From: Amoeboaphelidium protococcarum X5
Lineage: Eukaryota > Fungi > Aphelidiomycota
Assembly: GCA_023515725.1 (NCBI GenBank)
Contig: JALDTO010000098.1
Coordinates: 1,638,164-1,702,163, forward strand
Length of the DNA stretch: 64,000 nt
Direction: 5' to 3'
Shown here in pieces: positions 53,078 through 64,000 of the stretch. Under the pieces are notes generated by a model that ran no database searches, was not told the DNA's origin, and saw only the letters and a program-made list of their open reading frames with translations. The first letter of the stretch is position 1, and every line of letters starts with the position of its first letter. A program made the translations under genes and the position numbers.

Positions 53078-55234
53078 TCAACTATCTTTTACAGCGCTGG
53101 GAGCAGTATTAGTTCGTGAGAGGCGTATTTTGTCTAGCATAGTCATTGCGGGTTTTACAGCGTTGGACACTTCATGTTGAGATACGAAACTGTCTTGATG
53201 CGCGCCAAATTGCTGACACGCGAAATCATTAGGATTGTCCCCATCACAATAGTATTCATCTGGATCATGATTACACAGAGGATCTCTGCCATTATTAGTA
53301 GTCCACGGATGAACTTTCACTTGACTTAGCGTGATACGCTGCTGTGGATCCTTGGACAACAGTCTTGACATTAAATCCTTACATGGTGCAGTTAGTTGAG
53401 GACTCCACAAATTTTAAACGTTTATAGTGGCGATTTCATTGTACATTTCAGATATTGATTATCCTTAAAAAGGAGCGTAGCCATGCAGAAATGCAAAGAG
53501 CGTAATCCCCAGTGACCAGATGTCTACTCCAAAATCAGCTTCTTCTTACTTCGGTGCCGCTTAGTTAACACTAGCATCAGTAATCAACTCTGGAGGTGTT
53601 AAAGCTGGTGTTAAGAGGCCGTTCCCCGCAGACATATTACCAACTTGACTCATGCTGAATGATATTCCAAAATCCCCAATAACCACATGATTGTCAGCTT
53701 TCAGTAAAATGTTGTCTGGCTTCAAATCGCGATGGACAATATTCTTACTGTGCAAGTAATCCAGTCCAAGTACAATATCGCGAAAGTAGCGGCGACTTAA
53801 TTACTCTGAGAATGCAGAATTTGTCACCTAATTTACACACTCTGAGGGCTTCGCATTCAACTTCATTACAGAGCCATATTCGCACAGATCAAACACCATG
53901 TACAGCGTGTCATACTTTTAATCATCCAGAGTCTCTACTAAAGTCGCAATATTTGGATGTCTAGACAGCTTCTTGAGCACAGCAATTTCGTGCTTTACAA
54001 AATTCATGTAATCAAATGCAATCGCAGATTAAGATGATATCGATGTTGATTTTGAGACTTTTGCTTTACAATTGTTTTAAGATGAAGGAGCATCAGTTGG
54101 TGATGATAAGGTAGTGTCCTGAGTCTACTTTCTCTTTCGGTCAGGACCACTTTTCCACATTCCCATCTTGCGCAGCTTCTTCTTACTGATGCACTTGCAC
54201 GCGTAATAGAGTTCCGTCTCTACATCAAATACCAGCCAGACTTTACTGAAAGAGCCTTCTCCTATCTGCTTGACCAGCACATATTAGTTAATCATCCCTT
54301 CAATAACTGGTAGCTCATACTTGGACTTGTAATCTTCAAAAATAGAATTTACACTGGACACACTGGTGCGCGAAATGGGTTTATCCTTTTAGAGACCAGG
54401 TGAACACGCATCTGAGGAAGTATCCGCTGAATAGAGGCATTGTGACGATGAAGTATAAGTACACTAAATAGACTCGATAGTCTTGGTTTCTTTAACCGAG
54501 TGAGTGGAAATCTTTCGTTATTGCAGTGATTATGATTGCGGGAAAGCTGGAGTCTAAGGCCGCCTTGAATATTAACTAGACGCATGTATCGCAATTTCAT
54601 CAGACTTGGATTTCGGACGAAGATTGATTTAGCCATCACCACATTGAGCATTGTCCAGCTTACTCAGCGAGTAGGAGGTGTGATGTTTAACCTTAATACC
54701 ATTGCCAGCATTAGAGTGTAATTACGTGTTAGAGGTACTAAATTACTAATCGGAGGATACGACTTCCTTCTGATTACCAAAAATCTTGTCCACCCACTGT
54801 GAACGAGCCCCCGTCGACTTTACAGATGATAGAGACTCTGAACTGGAATTGTACACGCTATTTCTTCTCTAATTTAATCTATTATACGGCTACACTGCCA
54901 CAGGTTTACGCCAGCTAGGAACACGCTCTAGATTGCGCATATCCAAGTGATCATCACCATTCTCTTCATCGTTCACATCATAGCGACTACTCTTGACAAT
55001 GATGGCGGATCTTGAGAAAAGCTTTGACGCGTTATGTGGCTTCAAACCATTCACAGAGTTTGACTTGGTTGCTTACCTGACTAACCAAACGCGAAAATTT
55101 TACCAGATTCCAGCACTCTTATGCGTCTCAGACGACGGTTTGGCAGTTGCATTTAAGACACCATCCGACTTTGTTTCATCATCATTGTTCATGGCGGAGC
55201 GAGGCAAATATGGACATGAAGCACTGGTTTTCAT
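53078..55234 (-). CDS. CaMKK/Ssp1/Sak1-like Ser/Thr protein kinase with a long N-terminal extension
   Basis: INQYVLVKQIGEGSFSKV, ACKCISKKKL plus insert, EIAVLKKL, YFRDIVLGLDYLH, HRDLKPDN, DFG, DIWSLG. Confidence 0.88.
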
Positions 55235-55678
55235 TGTTCGCTGAATGTCTTTGAGTAAACTTAATAATTTCGCTTGATATGACAGATAACTTACCAAATT
55301 TGTAAGTATATAACGCGAGTATGGAAACAAATGGAATGGAATTTGATGGCCAGATTGCCTTAATTACTTTTGCGCAATTGCGTTGATTAACTGCCAATCA
55401 CTGATTTTGTTGATGTTGATATACGTTATAGAATTCTGGTAACAAGTTGTGGGCTCATGAGTAAGCATTCAAGCTATAAAAATGATTATACTTACTGCAT
55501 GTTCTGATTCTATTTAAAAGAGGAAATAGGAAAATTGTCAGTATCTGCTTGTAACGACTTGAGCTTGTCAATCAATGTACGTGTTCGTGACTTGGAGGTG
55601 ATCTCAAGTTGCAAATTACAAGTACCATTACTATTCTCTTTTTTACACATTACAATTTTCCTGCATTGATTAATAACC

Positions 55679-56431
55679 ATGGATATAAAATAACTATCTA
55701 GTGGAAGAAACCCTGGAGGAATCAAAGGATTCCCCGATGATATCACAGGGATGTTCGTAGCCACTTACATTCTGCTGCTGTTCTGGATATTGTGGGTGCT
55801 ACTCAAGTACATATTCAACATGTTCAGTCCAGCATACAAGGAAATGTACGCGCCAGGGCCAGAGGGAATGTAAGGCATGTCGTCGTACTAACAGTGGAGA
55901 ATGCAGCGCTAAATGGGCGGCGCGAAAGGAGGAGGAATCATGGGATTGTTTCAGACGCGTCAATCACCGATGCCCGCGCCTCCACCCATGGCGAATGCTC
56001 CACAGATGCAGTAGTAGGCACAATAGTAATAGTAACCTTAAGCTGGATTTCCCATGGGTCCTGGAGGTCCGGGCGGACCAGGTGCTTAAGGAGGATTTGG
56101 AGGTAAAGGTGCGTATAATGACGGTACTTAAGGGATTAATAGTCACATCGGTACCCCATATGACTCTAAACCGAGTGTGGGACTGAGCCGTGGCGCTGAT
56201 GTGTTTTGGAGAGGTTGGTTGCTGTTGTTGGGTGGTACTGTTCTTAATGCACTCTCATTCGATCCTACACCATCTGCCAACGCGCTTGGTTGGATATTTA
56301 TGGCCTGTATCATTATCTGGGCATTTCTTACCACTCTCTTTAACAGCAGATGGATACCTCTGATTCTAGGATTAATTGCGTATCCTATTATCATCGCTAT
56401 CTACGCTGTGGGTTTCCTCATCAGCGACTGA
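55679..56431 (+). CDS. 4-TM membrane protein with a Gln/Gly/Pro-rich loop
   Basis: TM1 (MFVATYILLLFWILWVLL), a QQQAQQQQQPQ...GPGGPGGPG loop, then 3 C-terminal TMs. Single frame. Confidence 0.8.
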
Positions 56432-56609
56432 TTACTAAGCACTATTCATTCGATTTCATAAGATGATAAATATATTCGCATTTCTATATCTTACTTGTCC
56501 CTTTTCTCTTCTTATTTGCTAGTCTTAAGACGGTATTTGAAGTGTAAAAACTATTCAAAAGAGATAAAGAGAATTGAGTTATTATTATTAAAGCGTTTTA
56601 ATTGTAAAA

Positions 56610-57359
56610 TCACAAAATTGAACCAATAGTGGAGACCAGAGTGGTGGCAAAGTTGGGACATGCAAGATTGTAATCGCTCTCGTACACTTGGAAATTCCTA
56701 ATGATACCAAACGCGGTGATTGACACTTTGTAATGCAAAGGAATCTGATTTCTACCGCCACCAAGACCACAAGAGCTGAGGATGGTTGACAGCACGGGAT
56801 TGGTAGGTGATCCAGTGGCATTCAACGTGGCAGGCACTTCCAACTTTGTCTTTCCCATAGCGGGCAGTGTAAGTGATTAAAATCCACCGCCAATAGATTA
56901 GAGTCCACCGTTATCTTTCAATCTGATAAAGACATCAACATTCACTCTATCAATCTTGTACTCCGCGATACTGTTACTCTTTACGTCTGCACTGAGTGTC
57001 ATCAATAGACCAACATTAATCGGATTTGTACCACTTATGACAACAGGACCACTTCCATCAGCATTCTGACGCGCAGCCATGTTGATATTACTGATATCTG
57101 GAATTCGGAAAATAAAATACAGCAGCACTCCAAGGCCAGCGAGGAGCAGCACGGTAATGATAAGGCAACACACGCAACTAAACACGGTATTGCAGCAACA
57201 GAAGAAAGGCTTAGATTTCGCTTTGGATAGACTATTTCGCTCATGATCATGATCTTCCACACTATAGCTCTACTACGGATATGTCTATATCTACGGAGGC
57301 AGATAAACGTCCTATTACTACTACTGCTAATACAACTACTCTTGAGAATTCATATTCAT
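56610..57359 (-). CDS. Type II membrane protein, LEA_2-like
   Basis: Cys-rich juxtamembrane segment, TM, RIP..., VKSNS...YKIDRV, IGGG. Confidence 0.75.
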
Positions 57360-58510
57360 GTTTTAAACTATTATAAGTATAATGTATCAGGTAAACAAAA
57401 TTACAAGCGAGATATATATTTTATTTCTTTATAAAATTTTATAGAAGAGGAAGAAGGTGGACGTGTAATGAGTATCGATCTAGATCGTCTTGGCAAATCA
57501 AAACATTTCAGAAACCGCGTGTGCGACAGAAATGGTCACACTTGTTTCCTATTCCAGCTCTGATTCGCCAAATTAGTATCTTATTCGCAACCAGATAGTG
57601 AATACTGTACATTTAGCAGGAAAGTGGAAGTTTGATCAAAATGCAAATATATATTTAGTCAACAACAATTTTTATATACTGTATTGTGTATAATCAACGA
57701 CGAGGTAATGTGCAAATGCAATTTATGCAAACAAATAGACGACGAAATAATTTCACGAATGGCCATTTTGAGAGTGAGCAGATACCATTTACAGCTACTG
57801 ACGAGCAAACAGCAAATCCTGCTGAGTACTTTATAACTTGAGCGATAGCATTGCAACTTCGTGTCTGTATCTCTCAACTTAGCCTTCGAGTTCAGCAATG
57901 TAAGACAGGCGTTTCTCCCGTGACTTTCTGGCAGCCAAGCGGTTTCGCTCGCGTCTGCGCTCATTCCTTCCCTCGATCACATCCTCAGGAGAGGCACTAC
58001 TGTTGTGCATTCGATAAACGGATGATGAAGTTGTCCCAGAAGTAACAGTTACGCGCCGTTAACGTTTACTATGGCCATTAATATCTACGTTTCCAGATTG
58101 CAATGAACTTTGGATCGCGCCCATTTCGTGAGGATGTTCATGATGATTTTATTGACAATCATCATCTAGAAAATTACTCAGGAGGCACGTTTCACTAGAG
58201 TGAGCATCTGACGTTAAATTTCCGCTGCTTAGAGGAAACGCGGAATCGATCCAATCGCAAAGTTGACTGTTCTCCATGTCGCGTCTTGACTTGGTTAATC
58301 GCAGCTATAATATTTATGCCTGTGAGATGACAGGAAACACAATGATGATCAAACGGCCGATGTGTCGCTTTCATGAGTGATGAAATCAACACCGACAATC
58401 GTGCGCTGACGTGTCATTGCGACGCAATACTTTCAATGAAAATGAGAACTAAAGATCAATCATCACGATTCGAGATAAACGATTTCAATTCATTAGCAAT
58501 TCATATTTAT

Positions 58511-59777
58511 TCATAGTGGACGCACATAAGTCTCTTGGACGACTTCATATTGAGGAGCGGTACGTTGACGCAGTTGGTCATCATTGTTGTTTGATTTCAT
58601 CTTCTTGGCCAGCTGCTAGCCTTCATTCTTGATCTGATGTAGCTTTTGGCTAGCTTGACTGATCTTTTGCTCAAAAGCATCAATGTACTGACGGCGTCTC
58701 TACTCCAATTCTCTCTTGCGTTCAGCTTCGATGCGATAGAACAGAGAACCATCATAGATACCGCGTACCTACTCTCTTGTAACATATCCATTCTCATCAG
58801 CACAGAGCAGCCACACGGCAAACCACTCGAAACGAGCAGCAAACCAGCCAAAAAAATCGTTAACACACTTCAAGTCGGAAGCCATTTGCCACAACTACCA
58901 ATGATTCAAAGCATTTCTGCGATCGACATCCCACTTGCTGAAAATCTCTTCAAACTTCTGAGGGATGAAGCGGCCTTCATTATCATAGGTGCCAGTATCA
59001 GAACCATGTTTGCCTTTATGAATCTTCTCAGTCCATATTCTGAAGAATGGATCGATTGGCCACCAGCTGTTATTACACACAGGGCTGAAGCCAGAGTGAA
59101 TGGTAAACATTGCCAACACGGCCCAAAACCAATGATAGCCCAATGCGCGGAATCCAGCAAAAGTTTCCAATGGCGTGATAATGCCATCCTTGTTACGATC
59201 AAAGAAATCAACGTGCTACTGTAGTACAGAGCGATTTTGAGGAGACTTTGGAGTACCTTCAGGATGATACTTATCTGGAGCAGTGTTAAAGCGCGCTTTT
59301 CCAGGATACATAATCTTCTAATCAACATTGGCAACAGGACGCTCAAATGTCACTGGCACATAGCTAGATTGGCAAACAATCGACTCGCTCTTTCCAGCAT
59401 TATTATCACAGTCATTCTAAGCTGGCAATCTTTCATTGAGCAAAATCTGCTGCTAATCTTCCATCACCGGTTGATATGAATTAGAGTCGCTGAAACTGTC
59501 TGATCTGTTAGGCAGAGCAAAAGCCGGATCCTGTTACTCCAATCCTACCAGCACAGAGGCCTCAGGCTCTTCAACGTAGTCAGAAGAGTAGTTGCTTTCT
59601 AAGCCTTAGCTTATGCCTACATAGTATTAGCGACGTTATATCCTTGGTATCATTGCAAAATGTCTTACTTTGATCGTTTTTCACGGGATTCAAACTAGAA
59701 TCATTGATCCCAAATTGAGTCTTTATGGGAACATTCTTCACTGAAGGCGCTTTTCCTAACAAAGTATTATCCGGCAT
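58511..59777 (-). CDS. Caleosin/peroxygenase; intron ~59618-59668
   Basis: SVLQQHVDFFDRNKDGIITPLET (EF-hand), PIDPFFRI proline knot, IHKGKHGSDTGTYD, FEW, YDGSLF. Confidence 0.93.
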
Positions 59778-60032
59778 CTTACACAAAGTATTTAATGAAA
59801 GTGATTGTAAGTAGGAGAAAGAAGAGTTATGACGTTGCGTCTGACCATAAAGTGTGACAACGTTGTTTCGAGTCGAGTCATCCTAAGACTGAATCAGACC
59901 AGCGCGATGTCTTTTGATTTCGCAGACTGAAGAAAATTCACGCGTCCCTCTGTGTGTTAACAAAATGTATTTAACATGGTGCTATTTCAAACTAGCGTGT
60001 AGTCTAGACCGCTCAATAGAGCAGATTCCTAA

Positions 60033-60674
60033 TCAACTGGAATCTTTATCACGTTTTTTGAGCTTTTGCAACTCAGCTTCCAGACTACAAATGCGCTCCT
60101 TCTGATCTTTGTCCTATTTCAGCATTTTCTCAATGAAAATGACTGCCCCATCCAGAACTTCACCTTTGTTTTTAGTTTCACCATCATCCGTGAGCTTTAT
60201 CAAGGCACATATTTTTGAGATGGCTTCATTAATGTGTTCACGACGTCTCTTTTCGACTTCACGGTGAGAGAGGCGTCTCTTTCGCTGCTAAGCATCTTCA
60301 CTACGCGTCACAGAATTGCGTTTAGATTTTTGCATGTGTGACAACAGTAGAGGAGGCTAAGGGTTTGAAACACCAGGTATCGGCATTTAGGAATTAAATC
60401 CATTGAGCAAATTGTGGCCTTGTCCAAAGTCTGGCAGAATTGATGAGTTTACATTATTCGATTATTGCTATGACCCAATGTTATTACCCAGCATCAGAGG
60501 AGATTAGATCATTGACTAGAGTTAGAGCTGAGGCATTATATTTTACTATCCCATTGTGAGCAGATTGTTTTCTTTCTCTTCCATTGTCTTTGGCAAGATA
60601 TTCATCTGGCGTGCCTCTTGCAGGCCGGTACCGTTGTTATTGTTATTCTTAGGATCAGATTGAGAGAATTTCAT
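60033..60674 (-). CDS. bHLH-leucine zipper transcription factor (Cbf1/USF-like)
   Basis: RRLSHREVEKRRREHINEAI...NKGEVLDGAVIFI followed by a zipper. Confidence 0.85.
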
Positions 60675-60773
60675 GGTTATAATGGTATAGTCAGGCGTAT
60701 TAATGCAAATGAATTGCCAGAATAAAAGATAACAGCTATAGTGATCGAGGCAAATTGGTGTTAATTGGTGTAA

Positions 60774-61814
<1,041 letters not shown>

Positions 61815-62359
61815 ACCAATTTAAATTAAACTAGTTTTTACTACTCTTCCACATTTTATCATAGTTCAAACTTTTCAGACTAAAGCATTTGAATGACTAG
61901 CAGAAACTAATCTGATAGTATCAGTGACTTTAATCAACTCAGATTTAAAAACTGTCATGATAAGGCAGTCGCTTTGTGAAAAGTAATAATTCGGTATTAT
62001 TAATTCGTACTACAGTACTGTAAATGTATGGTTGACATAACGAGGTGAATCGCCAGATTCTAGTGAGATGCCTTCGCACAATATGTTACAGATTGTGGAG
62101 TGGCGGACTTTTCAGCTCAATGAGTTACGAGAGTTGGCAGCATTAAACGTCCTGCTATGTTGAAATCTACCCCATCTAATGCAATAATAGTAAAGACTAG
62201 GAGTTGAAAATAAACGCATTTAAAGTGCATCGAAAGCACAAATTTCTGAAACGAACAACGACGATCAAAGTGAAACGCGTTTGTCCCTCAGTCCTCGTGT
62301 GATCCTTTTTCAAAATTCCTCCGTTTCATTGTTATTTCTGTGATACAGTTGCTCAAAGT

Positions 62360-63673
62360 ATGGTTATCGCTAATCTATCATTATTGGTAGCTTTTACAGC
62401 TATCACTGCTGGTGCTATTTTGATTTAGCATCCACTTATGTTAAGCGAAAATTTGAAGCCGCTTAAGGCTTATCGTTGTCCATTAAGTGATGAGAAGGCT
62501 GCGTAGGCACTGAAGGCTTGGGTGGAGAATCAAGAAGCTATTAACCAGTTAGATCATTTCGCAGTTGATATATGGTCAAATGAGCAATATCAAGTAGGCA
62601 GAGATTTTGATTTTGCCACATCTGCAGATGGTGAATTTTAGCCGCCTTAAGGATGCCGAATCCTTATTGACTCTACCGAGTTGTCTGCTCTGATATCAAT
62701 GGAAAAGCTGGCTTTTCGAGAGATGGTCGCTCCTGATGATGCTGATTGGTTCAAGAATTATCACTCATTCGATGATATGACTGCTTCCATAAAGTCTTGG
62801 ATCAGCGGATGCCCATTAGCTTCAATGTCCTCTATTGGCTAGTCCCATGAAGGCCGCGATATAAACGTGGTTCGTTTTAGCAGCGAGACTGGTTCCGCAG
62901 CGAAAAATGTAATCTGGATATCTGGCGGTATCCATGCCAGAGAATTTATAAGCTCTCATGTGGCGTCCTATATCATAAGAAGCATAGCTGATATGTGCAA
63001 CTCTGGTAATGAGCTGGTGACCGAATTTTTGCAGCATTATGAATTCGCCATTGCGTTCCACATCAATCCAGACGGGTATGAATTTGCTCGTACTCAGCGC
63101 CGAATGTGGAGAAAGAATCGTCGCGCCAACCGTGACAGATCGTTTGGAGTTGATCTCAATCGTAATTTTGACGTGTTTTGGGGTAATGGTGGCTCATCTA
63201 GATCTCCGTGGTCTGATACGTACATGGGTCCATCTGCTGCATCTGAGCCGGAGGTGGCTGCGATTTAAAAGTTTTTGACTGGTCTGATTCAGGAGGGAAG
63301 AAATGTTACTGTGGGTGTTGATTTGCATTCTTATGGACAGTTGATTATGCGTCCATATGGATACACTATGGATGATCACCCTGATGAAGAGTACAACAAA
63401 CAGTTGGGTGATAGTATCAGAGATGCAATTGCCTCACACTAGGACGGTTCCAGGTACAAGTCTTAGAAATCCGCCGGTCTCTACCCTGTTACCGGCGGTT
63501 TTGATGACTACATGACGGAGAAGATTAATGCCATTGGTTTCACGTGGGAGTTGCGTGATACCGGGCGTTATGGCTTCATTCTACCCGCGCAGTATATCGA
63601 GCCAACATGTGAAGAAGTGTGGCTGGGTGTGAAGGCGATGATGAGATTCCTGCTTGATAATCCCAAGAATTGA
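62360..63673 (+). CDS. Secreted M14A zinc carboxypeptidase
   Basis: Signal peptide, GIHAREF, NPDGYE, WRKNR, GVDLNRNF, DLHSYGQ, WELRD. Confidence 0.93.
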
Positions 63674-63946
63674 TTAGCTCTTTTTGCTGCGTTTTGCTAG
63701 CAGTTGTTTATGAATCTATGATGACTTCAATAAAAGTCTTTTTATCGATTTGGCTGTTTACAGTAGTTATTTCCTGCATATCAAACGACGTTGTTGTTGA
63801 AGACGAGACAGTTACATTCCTATTTTTAGTCTGAATTCTTACAATGTATTCACGCGATGTCTTCTTTTTCTTTTTCTCTTGTGTTATTGAACGTTAAAAA
63901 CTGTTTAATAAAAACTTATTAAATTTTGTGAAGTATAGGACCAAAA

Positions 63947-64000
63947 ATGAATGTCGATCTACTGTTAGATAATCTCAAGAATAAGTAAAAGTTGCCTACT
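63947..64000 (+). CDS. Possible 5' end of the next gene (truncated by the window)
   Basis: ATG after an A-rich context: MNVDLLLDNLKNKQKLPT. Confidence 0.35.

Noticed and set aside
55960-56110. Collagen-like GPPGPPGP reading on the minus strand
   Set aside because: Antisense of the Gly/Pro-rich loop of the + strand membrane protein 55679-56431.
57500-58480. Short ORFs in the LEA_2-caleosin interval
   Set aside because: No long TGA-free frame with recognisable features.
58646-59224. 192-aa plus-strand ORF
   Set aside because: Antisense to the caleosin gene.

Overview
Gene-dense, intron-poor eukaryotic (fungus-like, holomycotan) genomic DNA. It uses the ciliate-type nuclear code: TAA/TAG = Gln, TGA the only stop. 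The supplied standard-code ORF track is therefore fragmented. Re-read with TAR=Gln, the window resolves into about 33 genes, nearly all running ATG to TGA, with a few short GT-AG introns. They include exportin-6, PUP2, ILV5, ATG15, PP2C, GID4 next to a LisH/CTLH/CRA gene, UGO1, TCP1, two tandem kexins, condensin II CAP-G2, DBR1, a patatin TAG lipase, sulfite oxidase, eIF3h, TRM112, SIKE-like, VMA6, GTP-PEPCK, CBP3, a CaMKK-like kinase, caleosin, a bHLH factor, enolase-phosphatase and an M14 carboxypeptidase. This code plus fungal gene content fits the aphelid Amoeboaphelidium protococcarum (inference). The one clearly accessory segment (about 46.5-49.3 kb, between VMA6 and PEPCK) holds a frameshifted ORF with a CCHC knuckle and what appears to be the N-terminal half of a Fanzor1 (eukaryotic TnpB-derived RNA-guided nuclease). 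That ORF is cut off exactly where a roughly 9-copy, 177-bp hairpin-bearing tandem array begins, and the whole unit is bracketed by a 10-bp direct repeat. Coordinates and family calls come from manual translation and recalled motifs; no searches were run.
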